Assembly: GCA_038087875.1 (NCBI GenBank)
Contig: CM075987.1
Coordinates: 2,666,001 to 2,730,000, forward strand
Reading direction: 5' to 3'
DNA: 64,000 bases
Origin: Malacoraja senta
Lineage: Eukaryota
Positions 1 through 11,554 of this stretch are shown here, piece by piece (the stretch's first letter is position 1; each line of letters begins with the position of its first letter). The notes beneath the pieces are model-generated. The model was not told where the DNA came from and searched no databases. It saw only the letters and a list, made by a program, of their open reading frames with translations. The position numbers and the translations under genes are program-made.

Positions 1-49
1 ATCAATATGAAACATTGACAAGCCTAGAAATGAATGTACGTTTGCCTAT

Positions 50-392
50 TATGGCATGGAAAAGGGCCATTCAGCCTGTTGGGTCCATTCCGACTCCCAG
101 CAGAGCCATGCCATCAGTCCCACTTCCCCCACCCCTTGCTTTATTTCCCTGTACCCCTTCAACTCATTTCTCTCAAATGACTATCAACTCCCTTTTGATT
201 CTTTTGCCATGTCCCTATTCTGATATAATTTAAAATAGGTAATTAAGCTACTTTTGGGAGGTGGGAAGCACAGGAGCAGCCGATGGAAATCCACGCAATC
301 CTGGGAAGCACATTGGAACGGCACCGTCAGGGTTAACTGGCTCTCTGGAGCTGTGAAGTGGCAGTGCCAACAGTTGTACCACAATGCTGCCC
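50..392 (-). mobile_element. Old, diverged tRNA-derived V-SINE (HE1-like)
   Basis: Minus strand begins GGGCAGCATTGTGGTACAACTG (A-box-like) and follows the same layout as the younger SINE copies in this window. Confidence 0.45.
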
Positions 393-1013
393 AGGGTTAT
401 GAAGAGATGTGACATTGCAATAAGTAATGGGCCCTAATGTGAAACTACTATATCATAAATGCGCACATCAGATCTGAAGAGTTAGCAATTTTTTTTGAAA
501 GGCTAGACTTAAAGTATGGAATAATAGCGTAGACTAAAACCTGGAATTATTGTAATCCAAAATGTTCAGTAAATCTAAAATGTTAACCTTGCTATTAATC
601 GTGCAACGGATTGAAGGATGCAAGAGGAGGCGAGTGGGGGAAAGGGATTGGGATTAACGGTGCAATGCTGACTTATACCCATTGATTTTCTTATGATTAC
701 CAATTCTCAATAGATAATGTCCTTTCTGTCTATTAATTTGGTTAAATTGAGATATACTATCTAATCTGTAATCTATATATTCTACTGTGTAATAAACTAT
801 TTTGGACTCTTGTACTCAAGTATGATTGTGCCTAATGTATGGTAAGATTGTTACTGAACTGTATGATAAAAAAGAATGTCACTATACCCAGGTACATGTG
901 ACAATAAAGTACCATTGAACCACTAGTTTAACTTTGACCAGTGGTTTTTCCTTCAATCCTTTATAGTTGAAAAGGAAAATAATAGAGATCTTCCATGAAG
1001 TATGACAGGATCT

Positions 1014-2117
1014 TCATCGCAGGTGATAGACTACTGACCGACATCCACTATAAACCCACTGACTCCCATGGCTATCTGGACTACACTTCTTCCCACCCTG
1101 CTTCCAGTAAGGACTCCATCCCCTACTCCCAATTCCTCCGTCTACGCCGCATCTGCACCCAGGATGAGGTGTAGACAACTCATACCCCGCAATTGCACGC
1201 TCATTCTTCAGGGAACGGGGGATCCCCTCTTCTACCATAGATGAGGCTCTCACCAGGGTCTCTTCTATACCCCGTGACTCTGCTCTCTCTCCCCATCCCC
1301 CCACTCGTAACAAGGGCAGAGTCCCCCCTGACCTCACCTTCCACCCTACCAGCCGTCACGTACAACAAATAATCCTCTGTCATTTTCGCCACCTCCAACG
1401 TGACCCCACCACTTGCCATATCTTCCCATCTCCTCCCCTGTCTGCTTTCCGCAGAGACCGCTCCCTCCGTATCTCCCTGGTCAATTCGTCCCTTCCCACC
1501 CGTACTACCCCCAGTCCTGGCACTTTCCCTTGCAACCGCAAGAAATGCTACACTTGTCGCTTTACCTCCCGCCTTGACTCCATTCAAGGACCCAAGCAGT
1601 CTTTCCAGGTGCGGCAGAGGTTCACCTGCACCTCCTCCAACCTCATCTATTGAATCCGCTGCTCTAGGTGTCAGCTGCTCTACATCGGTGAGACCAAGCG
1701 TAGGCTTGGCGATCACTTCGCGGAACACCTCCGCTCGGTTCGCAATAACCAACCTGATCTCCCGGTGGCTCAGCCCTTCAACTCCCCCTCCCATTCTGAA
1801 TCCGACCTTTCTGTCCTTGGTCTCCTCCATGGCCAGAGTGAGGACCACTGTAAATTGGAGGAGCAGCACCTCATATTTCGCTTGAGCAGTTTGCACCCCA
1901 GCGGTATGAACATTGACTTCTCTAATTTCAGGTAGTCCCAACTTTCTCCTCCCCTTCTCAGCTCTCCCTCAGCCCACTGGCTCCACCTCTTCCTTTCTTC
2001 TTCCCGCCCGCCCCCACCCTCACATCGGTCTGAAGAAGAGTTTCGGCCCGAAACGTTGCCTATTTCCATAGATGCTGCTGCACCCGCTGAGTTTCTCAAC
2101 ATTGTTGTCTACCTTTG
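1014..2117 (+). mobile_element. Penelope-like element, 5'-truncated (RT C-terminus, GIY-YIG endonuclease, 3' pLTR); disrupted
   Basis: Translates to DIHYKPTDSHGYLDYTSSHP...IPYSQFLRLRRIC and NLIY*IRCSRCQLLYIGETKRRL..FAEHLRS..KLEEQHLIFRL..LHPSGMN (GIY-YIG); contains a stop and a frameshift. Confidence 0.9.
2027..2060 (+). ncRNA. Minimal type I hammerhead ribozyme in PLE pLTR (stem II has one mismatch)
   Basis: GGU-CUGAAGA-A-GAG uuucgg CCC-GAAAC-GUU-GCC: both core boxes present, 3-bp stem I, palindromic ACGU stem III. Confidence 0.7.
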
Positions 2118-2149
2118 AAAGTGAGAAAGCTACCTTTAGAAGTAAACTT

Positions 2150-2355
2150 TTGAATTTCAAATATATCGAAAGCAGTTTATAGTCAACAAACTACTTTTTT
2201 TTGACATAGTCATGTTTAGAATGCAGCCAATTTGCACAGAAGTGTATTCTAGGTCAGCCATACTGCCTCAGTAGTTTTTAGGTTGAGGATGAAGTATTGA
2301 CCATGATGTTGTGGATAACAAGCTCTTCAATATAATATTGGCATTGGATCTTGAG
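2150..2355 (-). mobile_element. Ancient Deu-domain SINE fragment (SacSINE1/AmnSINE-like)
   Basis: GCAGCCAATTTGCAC..., GGTTGAGGATGAAGTATTGACCA...GCTCTTC...GGCATTGGATC resemble the reverse complement of the Deu domain (recognised from memory). Confidence 0.5.
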
Positions 2356-2653
2356 ACAACTGGATGGCTGTTGGAGGAAGATGCAACATTTGATGGCTGT
2401 AGAAAGATCCGAGGATGGGAACAGAGGGGCAAAATTACACAGGATATTTTTGTGGCTTGGTCCAGTGCAGTCTGGGTGCTCAAAAGGTGGATGCTCGCAA
2501 GTGGAAGAGATGAAACTGTATGGCAACACCCAGGCCAAAGACATCCACCCTATATTTGTTTAAAATATCTTTAAGGGGTTGATAGTATTGACTTTAGAGA
2601 GGCGAACAAAATATAATCACAGCAGAGTCCTCTTAAGGTCTTGCTTAATATAC

Positions 2654-2908
2654 AGGACCTCCAGGGTTGTTATCTCCGGTTTGCTTCCAGTTCCTCGTGC
2701 TGGCGAGAGCAGGAACAGGGAGATACGGGACCTGAACGTGTGGCTCAGGAACTGGTGCACGGGGCAGGGATTTAGATTCTTAGATCACTGGGATCTGTTT
2801 TGGGGTAAGGGGGAACTGTACAAAAGGGACGGATTGCATCTTAACAGGTGTGGGACCAGCATTCTGGCAGGCAGGTTTGCCACTGCTACACGGGTGGTTT
2901 TAAACTGA
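2654..2908 (+). CDS. CR1 ORF1 C-terminal part (SGNH/GDSL esterase-like), partial
   Basis: VVISGLLPVPR...LNVWLRNWC..GFRFLDHW..F...LYKRDGLHLN..GT: DxxH block typical of the CR1 ORF1 esterase. Confidence 0.85.
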   Translation, partial: RTSRVVISGLLPVPRAGESRNREIRDLNVWLRNWCTGQGFRFLDHWDLFWGKGELYKRDGLHLNRCGTSILAGRFATATRVVLN

Positions 2909-5900
2909 ATAAGGGGGGTGGGGTGTCGAATGGGATAGTGGAGGATGGAGTTAAAGGGAAAGGGTTTCTTAAATGTGTGAGCGTAGAGACAGAGGAATGT
3001 AAAATGAGGGTAGAAGCAATAGGTAGCAAGGTGAAAAGTAAAAGTGGAAGACAGACAAAACCAGGGCAAAAATCAAAAAGGGCCACTTTTCAACATAATT
3101 GTATAAGGGGTAAGAGTGTTATAAAAACAAGCCTGAAGGCTTTATGTCTCAATGCAAGGAGCATTCGTAATAAGGTGGATGAGTTGAATGTGCAGATAGC
3201 TATTAATGACTATGATATAGTTGGGATCACGGAGACATGGCTCCAGGGTGACCAAGGCTGGGAGCTGAACATCCAGGGATATTCAATATTCAGGAGGGAT
3301 AGAGAGAAAGGAAAAGGAGGTGGGGTAGCGTTGCTGGTTAGAGAGGAGATTAACGCAGTGGAAAGGAAGGACATTAGCATGGAGGATGTGGAATCGGTAT
3401 GGGTAGAGCTGCAAAACATTAAGGGGCAGAAAACGCTGGTGGGTGTTGTGTACAGGCCACCTAGCAGTAGTAGTGAAGTTGGGGATGGCATCAAACAGGA
3501 AATTAGAAATGCGTGCGACAAAGGCAAAACAGTTATAATGGGTGACTTCAATCTACATATAGATTGGGTGAATCAAATTGGCAGGGGTGCTGAGGAAGAG
3601 GATTTCTTGGAATGTATGCGGGATAGTTATCTAAATCAACATGTAGAGGAACCAACGAGAGAGCAGGCTATTTTAGACTGGGTATTGAGTAATGAGGAAG
3701 GGTTAGTTAGCAGTCTTGTTGTACGTGCCCCCTTGGGCAAGAGTGACCATAATATGGTTGAGTTCTTCATTAGGATGGAGAGTGACATTGTTAATTCAGA
3801 AACAATGGTTCTGAACTTAAAGAAAGGTAACTTTGAGGGTATGAGACATGAATTGGCCATGATTGACTGGCAATTAATTCTAAAAGGGTTGACGGTGGAC
3901 ATGCAATGGAAGACATTTAAAGACTGCATGGATGAACTACAAAAATTGTTCATCCCAGTTTGGCAAAAGAATAAATCAGGGAAGGTAGTGCATCCGTGGA
4001 TAACAAGGGAAATCAGGGATGGTATCAAAGCGAAAGATGATGCGTACAAATTAGCCAGAAAAAACAGCATACCAGAGGACTGGGAGAAATTCAGAGACCA
4101 GCAGAGGAGGACAAAGGGCTTAATTAGGAAAGGAAAAATAGATTATGAAAGAAAACTGGCAGGGAACATAAAAACTGACTGCAAAAGTTTTTATAAATAT
4201 GTAAAAAGAAAGAGATTAGTTAAAACAAATGTAGGTCCCTTGCAGTCAGAAACAGGTGAGTTGATCATGGGGAACAAGGATATGGCGGACCAATTGAATA
4301 ACTACTTTGGTTCCGTCTTCACTAAGGAAGACATAAATAATCTGCCGGAAATAGCAGGGGACCGCGGGTCAAAGGAGTTGGAGGAATTGAGTGAAATCCA
4401 GGTTAGTCGGGAAGTGGTTTTGGGTAAATTGAATGGATTAAAGGCCGATAAATCCCCAGGGCCAGATAGGCTGCATCCCAGAGGACTTAAGGAAGTAGCT
4501 CCAGAAATAGTGGATGCATTAGTAATAATCTTTCAAAATTCTTTAGATTCTGGAGTAGTTCCTGAGGATTGGCGGGTAGCAAACGTAACCCCACTTTTTA
4601 AGAAGGGAGGGAGAGAGAAAACGGGGAATTACAGACCAGTTAGTCTAACATCGGTAGTGGGGAAACTGCTAGAGTCAGTTATTAAAGATGGGATAGCAGC
4701 ACATTTGGAAAGTGGTGAAATCATTGGACAAAGTCAGCATGGATTTACGAAAGGTAAATCGTGTCTGACGAATCTTATAGAATTTTTCGAGGATGTAACT
4801 AGTAGCGTGGATAGGGGAGAACCAGTGGATGTGGTGTATCTGGACTTCCAGAAGGCTTTCGACAAGGTCCCACATAAGAGATTAGTATACAAACTTAAAG
4901 CACATGGCATTGGGGGTTCAGTATTGATGTGGATAGAGAACTGGCTGGCAAACAGGAAGCAAAGAGTAGGAGTAAACGGGTCCTTTTCACAATGGCAGGC
5001 AGTGACTAGTGGGGTACCGCAAGGCTCAGTGCTGGGACCCCAGCTATTTACAATATATATTAATGACCTGGATGAGGGAATTGAAGGCAATATCTCCAAG
5101 TTTGCGGATGACACTAAGCTGGGGGGCAGTGTTAGCTGTGAGGAGGATGCTAGGAGACTGCAAGGTGACTTGGATAGGCTGGGTGAGTGGGCAAATGTTT
5201 GGCAGATGCAGTATAATGTGGATAAATGTGAGGTTATCCATTTTGGTGGCAAAAACAGGAAAGCAGACTATTTTCTAAATGGTGGCCGACTAGGAAAAGG
5301 GGAGATGCAGCGAGACCTGGGTGTCATGGTACACCAGTCATTGAAAGTAGGCATGCAGGTGCAGCAGGCAGTGAAGAAAGCGAATGGTATGTTAGCTTTC
5401 ATAGCAAAAGGATTTGAGTATAGGAGCAGGGAGGTTCTACTGCAGTTGTACAGGGTCTTGGTGAGACCACACCTGGAGTATTGCGTACAGTTTTGGTCTC
5501 CAAATCTGAGGAAGGACATTATTGCCATAGAGGGAGTGCAGAGAAGGTTCACCAGACTGATTCCTGGGATGTCAGGACTGTCTTATGAAGAAAGACTGGA
5601 TAGACTTGGTTTATACTCTCTAGAATTTAGGCGATTGAGAGGGGATCTTATAGAAACTTACAAAATTCTTAAGGGGTTGGACAGGCTAGATGCAGGAAGA
5701 TTGCTCCCGATGTTGGGGAAGTCCAGGACAAGGGGTCACAGCTTAAGGATAAGGGGGAAATCCTTTAAAACCGAGATGAGAAGAACTTTTTTCACACAGA
5801 GAGTGGTGAATCTCTGGAACTCTCTGCCACAGAGGGTAGTCGAGGACAGTTCATTGGCTATATTTAAGAGGGAGCTAGATGTGGCCCTTGTGGCTAAAGG

Positions 5901-5940
5901 GATCAGAGGGTATGGAGAGAAGGCAGGTACGGGATACTGA
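2899..5940 (+). CDS. CR1 ORF2: APE endonuclease plus reverse transcriptase, uninterrupted (first ATG at 3004; frame open back through the ORF1 overlap)
   Basis: CLNARS, GITETW, VYRPP, MGDFN, SDHN (APE); [34 protein letters not shown] (RT); no stop codons. Confidence 0.95.
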   Translation, partial: FKLNKGGGVSNGIVEDGVKGKGFLKCVSVETEECKMRVEAIGSKVKSKSGRQTKPGQKSKRATFQHNCIRGKSVIKTSLKALCLNARSIRNKVDELNVQIAINDYDIVGITETWLQGDQGWELNIQGYSIFRRDREKGKGGGVALLVREEINAVERKDISMEDVESVWVELQNIKGQKTLVGVVYRPPSSSSEVGDGIKQEIRNACDKGKTVIMGDFNLHIDWVNQIGRGAEEEDFLECMRDSYLNQHVEEPTREQAILDWVLSNEEGLVSSLVVRAPLGKSDHNMVEFFIRMESDIVNSETMVLNLKKGNFEGMRHELAMIDWQLILKGLTVDMQWKTFKDCMDELQKLFIPVWQKNKSGKVVHPWITREIRDGIKAKDDAYKLARKNSIPEDWEKFRDQQRRTKGLIRKGKIDYERKLAGNIKTDCKSFYKYVKRKRLVKTNVGPLQSETGELIMGNKDMADQLNNYFGSVFTKEDINNLPEIAGDRGSKELEELSEIQVSREVVLGKLNGLKADKSPGPDRLHPRGLKEVAPEIVDALVIIFQNSLDSGVVPEDWRVANVTPLFKKGGREKTGNYRPVSLTSVVGKLLESVIKDGIAAHLESGEIIGQSQHGFTKGKSCLTNLIEFFEDVTSSVDRGEPVDVVYLDFQKAFDKVPHKRLVYKLKAHGIGGSVLMWIENWLANRKQRVGVNGSFSQWQAVTSGVPQGSVLGPQLFTIYINDLDEGIEGNISKFADDTKLGGSVSCEEDARRLQGDLDRLGEWANVWQMQYNVDKCEVIHFGGKNRKADYFLNGGRLGKGEMQRDLGVMVHQSLKVGMQVQQAVKKANGMLAFIAKGFEYRSREVLLQLYRVLVRPHLEYCVQFWSPNLRKDIIAIEGVQRRFTRLIPGMSGLSYEERLDRLGLYSLEFRRLRGDLIETYKILKGLDRLDAGRLLPMLGKSRTRGHSLRIRGKSFKTEMRRTFFTQRVVNLWNSLPQRVVEDSSLAIFKRELDVALVAKGIRGYGEKAGTGY

Positions 5941-6239
5941 GTTGGATGATCAGCCATGATCATATTGAATGGCGGTGCAGGCTCGAAGGGCCGAATGGCC
6001 TACTCCTGCACCTAATTTCTATGTTTCTATGTTTCTAAGACAGATTTCCAACGTGATTTTAATTAAATCAAATAGAAGTACTTTTAGTATTAAAATCATA
6101 AAGGAAATGGGCTAAAGAATATGAAAATAGAGGAGGTCGATGAGATCTAACGAGGTATTTTCGAAATATTAATAAATATTGATATGGGATTAAGAATGGC
6201 TCAAGGAATTCACAAAGATTCTGGTAAGGAATTGGCAAT

Positions 6240-9200
6240 CAGTTAAGAGTTTATTTGTCACTTGCACTGGATATGAATCAGAAAAATAAATCTCTTGCTG
6301 CAGTTTTACAGGCGTATTAGTCACAACTGCAACATTAAATAGGCAATCAATTCTGAGTAAACCATGATAGTAAAAAAAAGTATGTAGAGCGACTGGTAGT
6401 GCAGAGTCCATTGTGGTTTGGTAGTGTTGAGCTTCCAAGCTAACCCACAAAGACACTGTTTGGTCCTGGCATGAACAGCAGCAGAGGGCGTTCGACACTC
6501 TTAAACAACAAATGTCTTGTGCCCCCACCCTCACCTACTTTGATGTTAAGCTACCTGTCACACTGACTTGTGACGCCTCGCAGTACGGTTTAGGAGCAGC
6601 TTGCCTCCAAAATAACGGGGACGGCAACAAGCCTGTTGCCTATGCTTCTCGCACCATGACCAACACGGATCAACGCTACGCTCAGATTGAAAAGGAGCTG
6701 CAAGCAGTTGTTATCGCTTGCAGGAAGTTTAATGACTTTATCTTTAGAAATACGGTCACGATTGAGACTGACCATCAACCCCTAATCAGCATTCTGAACA
6801 AACCGATACATGCTTCTCCAGGATGCCTCCAACGTATGTTGCTACAGCTACAGAGGTATGACATTGTTGTAACCTACAACGTGGCAAGGACATGCACCTG
6901 GCTGACACCCTGTCACATGCTCCATGGAAGACCTGCGAGAAACCATCCACAGCTTCCTTGTCATGACGGTCTCCTACGTTCCTTCGTGCTGTTTGGAGGA
7001 CCTGGTAGCCCAAACTGCCGCAGACGATACTTTACGATCGCTCTCCTCCGTCATTAAGCATGGGTGGCCAGACAAGCAATACAGATTACCACTCCCAATC
7101 TAGCCCTTCTTTGCCGTTCGTGATGAACTAGTACTACAAGAGGACATTATCGTAAAGGGTCACAAAGCTGTAATTCCTGCCTCCTTACACAGCAAGTACT
7201 TTCATGCCATCCATCCGGGACACCCAGGCGCAGAGGCAACTGTCCTGCGAGCGAAAAGCATGTTTTTCTGTCCTGGCTGATTATATTCGTGAGGAAGTAA
7301 AGTCCTGTGCAGTGTGCAACAGTTTGGCACCACATGAACAAAAGCAGCCACTTCTCTCACACCAGGCTCCTGACCTCCCATGGTCCACATTGGCAACTGA
7401 CATTTTTGAGTGGCATGGCAAACAATACCTGGTTCTAGTCGAGTCCTATGATGGTTTGAAATCGATCTACTCAGTAGCCCCACCTCTACAGGGGTAGTCC
7501 AGAAGCTGGCACGCCATTTCTCTGTTCATGGGTCTCTGTATCAGCTACTGTCTGACAATGGCAGTCAATTTACCAGCCAGTACTTTAAAGACTTTGCTAC
7601 ACGCTGGGGTTTTCGTCACATCACCAGCAGCCCCGAATACCAACAGTCAAACAGACTAGATGAACGTGCCACAGAGTAGGGTCAGACGTCTACCTAAACC
7701 TGCTCAACCTGCGCAACATCTCCTGCGACCTGATATTGGGTTCACCCGCCTAGCGACTGATGTCAAGGCAAACCAGAGCCACACCTGCCTGTGGCGAAAC
7801 AGGCACTAGTACCGCATGTGATCCCACCATCCGGAATCCAGTCCAGGAATCAACAAAAGCGTAACGTTCAAAAAGAATGGTATGACAAGACGAGTAGACC
7901 ACTTCCACCACTAGCCAAGGGACAGGTGGTCCGTCTACAAACCAAAAAGGTTCACGACCACCTCAGTGTAATTTCTGGAACTGCTTCCGAACCACGTTCA
8001 TATTTGGACAATGCTGATGGCGGCACCTACAGACGTAATAGACAGCACATCCTGCCTGTGAACGAACCAGCACCACCTCCGTATTATCCTGGACCGCACA
8101 GGTATACTTCCATCCCCATCCAGCGGCATCTGCCCAACCATACCCCACTACCATCCGCTCCTGATCCGGTCATTTTGCCCATGGCCACGCCGCCTCGACC
8201 CCTGCCAAGGTCTCCAGTTTCATCGCCGCTGATGCTGTTTCAAACTCCTACACCTATTCTACCACCCATCACATCTCCGGTGACGGGAGAAAATGAAGGG
8301 CCATACCGTACGCATGGTCGCATCTGCAAGCATGTCGTGTTCCCTCCGCTTGTACTGCAATAAAGGCTATGAGTTCTAACCTCTATGTGTGGGTCTGATC
8401 ATTCAACAGTGATCAAGTTAAGGTTGCGCTGGGTGATTCAAGAATCTGGTAGTTGATGGGAAGAAGCTGTTCTTAAACTGGAGATAGTGGTTCTCAGACA
8501 TTATCTACCGAGAATTACCGGGTCGACCGTAATCATAAAAAAAAAATCAATGGGTACGTCAGAACTACACTGTTAACTGTTTAATCCCAAGGTACCACCT
8601 TCCCAATGGTGGAAGCAAAATGAGCGTGTGGGCAGGGGCTCTGCATCTTTGATTATATTAGCTGCCTTTTTGAGGCAGTGCTTCCTGTTGATCCCGACAG
8701 AAGTGGGGAGATCAGTACCTGTGATGAACCCGGAAATGTCTGTTTTCTGTATCCTCTTTTGTTCTTGAGCATTATGATTTCTGAACCAGGCCATGATACA
8801 ACGAGACAGTAAGCTTCCCACTGTACACCTGCGGAAGTTGAAGAGAATATTTGGCGACATGAGGCAGGGGAGGTGTTGCTGAGCCAACTATGTGATTGCA
8901 TCAATGTGCTGGGCCCAGAACAGCTCTGCAGAGATGTGTACGTCCAAGAACTGAAGCAGTTGCTTCTCTCCACTGCCGTCCCGCCAATGATACAATGTGT
9001 ATGGCCCCTCTGCTTTCCCTTCCTGAAATCCACAATCATCTCCTTGGTCGTGCTAATGTTGAGAGCACGATTGTTGTTCTGGCCCCACTCAACCAGATTT
9101 TGATCTCCCTCCTGCACTATGACTCAGCAATACCCGTTATTTGTCGAATAACTGTAGTATTGTCCATGAATGTAAAGATGGTGTTGGAGCCGTATCTGGC

Positions 9201-9350
9201 TGCACAGTCATGGATATAGAGTTGAGTAAGGGACACAACAGCGATCCTCAGGTGCCCCTGTGGTGATGGGCAATGAGATGGTGTTGCCAATCCATGCTGA
9301 TTGAGGTCTGTAGATGAGGAAGCCAAGGATCCATGTGCATAAGGAGGAGC
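6240..9350 (-). mobile_element. Rex1/Babar-type LINE, degenerate, split by a Gypsy insertion and an ~90-bp insert
   Basis: YIHDCAARYGSNTIFTFMDNTTV, WGQNNNRALNISTTKEMIVDFRK, CTVGSLLSRCIMAWF, CLKKAANIIKD; 3'UTR ending TGACAAATAAAC. Confidence 0.8.
6431..8408 (+). mobile_element. Ty3/Gypsy LTR retrotransposon remnant (RNase H, integrase, partial 3' LTR)
   Basis: TCDASQYGLGA, PVAYASR, YAQIEKE, ETDHQPL (RNase H); GHPG..CAVC, PWSTLATDIF, SDNGSQF (integrase); AATAAA then a ...TCAACA end. Confidence 0.9.
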
Positions 9351-10094
9351 ATATGCTTTTCACTGTACCTCAGACATATGACACTGAACTAAACTAAACT
9401 GAACTGAAGCCTGGTTCCCTGAGTCAGTCGGTGATTAAAGTTGTAATGACGTAACCTGCAGTGAAATGTTTAATTAATTGTAACTCGAAGTTCTAGGAAT
9501 TTAGAGGATGCATTATGGTAATATATTATTGAAAGTCATTAATGCTTTGAGTTTCTTGAACATGTCCAGCATTTATCAAAGCGTTCAGGATCTATATATT
9601 ACAAATCTGTCATCATCCATTGGGGATGTGAAATCAAAACAGCACAATGCTAGTTCTTTCTGAACACAGTAGGGTTATGGTACAATCTGAGATTTGCAAA
9701 CTGTTGCAATAATCTACTAAGCAGTTATCGTGTTTTTATAATAACAGTAAAAATAGAAACTCATGTAGTACATATGGCCCTCGAGGAATAGCACCTCATC
9801 CACTTTCCTGTCTAATGCCTGTAAACCTTAATTCCCAAAACTTGGTCATCAGTGCACTTGATGACGAGGCATCTATATCTCTTGGGCCAAAAATTGCTGA
9901 TCACAAAAACATCTCCTTTTGGTCCTGAATTTAAGATTATGTCCCTTAGTTAAATAGTGCAGTTTTCTCAGGCTATGTCATCAGTATCTTTTTTAAATTG
10001 TACCTGTTTCAATGAGATCACATCTAATTCATTCTTCTAAACTCCAGTCCAATGCCTCTAAGGTGAGTATAATCATTCTTGAGTATGGGACCAA

Positions 10095-11541
10095 AAATAA
10101 TGATAATAATAATAGATTTTATTTATATAGCGCTTTTCAGGACTCAAAGTCGCTTTACAATTGAGAGTCAGGAATAAACAAAACAAAATAGAGCAGTAAG
10201 ACAGAGGGGAGGGGAACATGGGACTAAGGGTATGCAGAGGTGAAGAGATGGGTCTTGAGGCGGGACTGGAAGATGGTGAGGGACTCAGAATTTCGGACCG
10301 GTTGTGGGAGGGAATTCCAGAGCCTGGGAGCTGCCCTGGAGAAGGCTCTGCCTCCAAAAGTGCAGAGGTTTGATTTCGGAGTGGAGAGGAGACCAGCTGA
10401 TGTGGATCTGAGGGACCGTGAGGGTTGGTAGGGGGAGAGGAGGTCAATGAGATAAGGGGGGGCCAGGTTGTTGAGGGCTTTGTAGGTGAGGACCAGGATT
10501 TTGTAGGTGATCCGGTGGGAAATGGGAAGCCAGTGAAGTTCTTTGAGAACTGGGGTGATGTGGTGCCAGGATTTGGTGTGGGTAATGAGTCGAGCGGCTG
10601 CATTTTGGACCAGTTGGAGTCGTTTGATGCTGCTGGAATTGATTCCGAAAAGAAGAGAGTTACAGTAGTCCAGTCGGGAGGAGATGAAGGCATGGATGAG
10701 TCTTTCAGCAGCGGGGGGTGTGAGAGACGATCTGATTTTTGCAATGTTGCGGAGGTGAAAAAATGATGTTTTGACAACATGGCGGATGTGAGGCTCAAGG
10801 GAGAGGGTTGAGTCAAGGATCACGCCAAGGTTGCGTGCCTGAGGAGATGGGGAGACAGTGGTGCCGTCGATAGTGAGAGTGGGGTTGTTAATTTTAGTGA
10901 GTGTTGATTTGGAGCCAATGAGGAGAAATTCTGTTTTGCTACTGTTTAATTTAAGGAAGTTGAGTTGCATCCAAGATTTGATGGCTGATAGGCAGGAGTT
11001 GATATGGGAGAGAGGGGGGTGGTGGGGGGACTTGGTGCTGAGATAGATCTGGGTGTCATCAGCATAGCAGTGGAAGTCCAGGTTGAAGTGACGGAGTATA
11101 TGACCAAGGGGGAGGATGTAGATGATGAAGAGGAGGGGACCAAGAACGGAGCCTTGGGGAATGCCGAGTGACAGTGGCTGTGGCAGAGGTGTGGTTATGG
11201 AGAGAGATGAAGTGGGATCGGTTGGAAAGGTAAGAACGGAACCAGCTGAGTGCAGAACCTTCAATGCCCAGGTCCCTAAGTCTGGTGAGCAGGATGTTGT
11301 GGTTGACGGTATCGAAGGCGGCACTCAGGTCGAGGAGGATGAGGATATTGAGGGAGCCTGAGTCAGCAGAGGTAAGGAGGTCATTGAGGATTTTGAGGAG
11401 AGCAGTTTCTGTGCTATGGAGGGGGCGAAAGCCAGATTAGAGGGGTTCGAATAGGTTATACACGAGGAGGTGGGAATGAAGTTGTGACGCGACGATGCGC
11501 TCCAGGGTTTTTGAAAGAAAGGGGAGGTTTGAGATGGGGCG
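10095..11541 (-). mobile_element. L2-clade LINE, 5'-truncated; RT C-terminus open at 10224-11160
   Basis: [60 protein letters not shown]; (ATT)n tail. Confidence 0.9.
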
Positions 11542-11554
11542 TAATAAATGCACA

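Larger units (their letters stand above)
2653..6037 (+). mobile_element. Young CR1-clade LINE (HER1-like), 5'-truncated within ORF1
   Basis: ORF1 esterase tail, intact EN-RT ORF2, short 3'UTR with GGCCGAATGGCC hairpin, (TTTCTATG)n tail. Confidence 0.95.

Noticed and set aside
1201-1941. 246-aa minus-strand ORF (and similar ORFs at 1400-1885 and 42834-43382)
   Set aside because: Antisense or alternate-frame shadows of PLE coding sequence with no recognisable domain
2848-2898. ORF-track start of ORF2 at 2848
   Set aside because: It is a GTG inside ORF1 and not a credible eukaryotic start; real entry is either the -1 slip at 2899-2905 or ATG 3004
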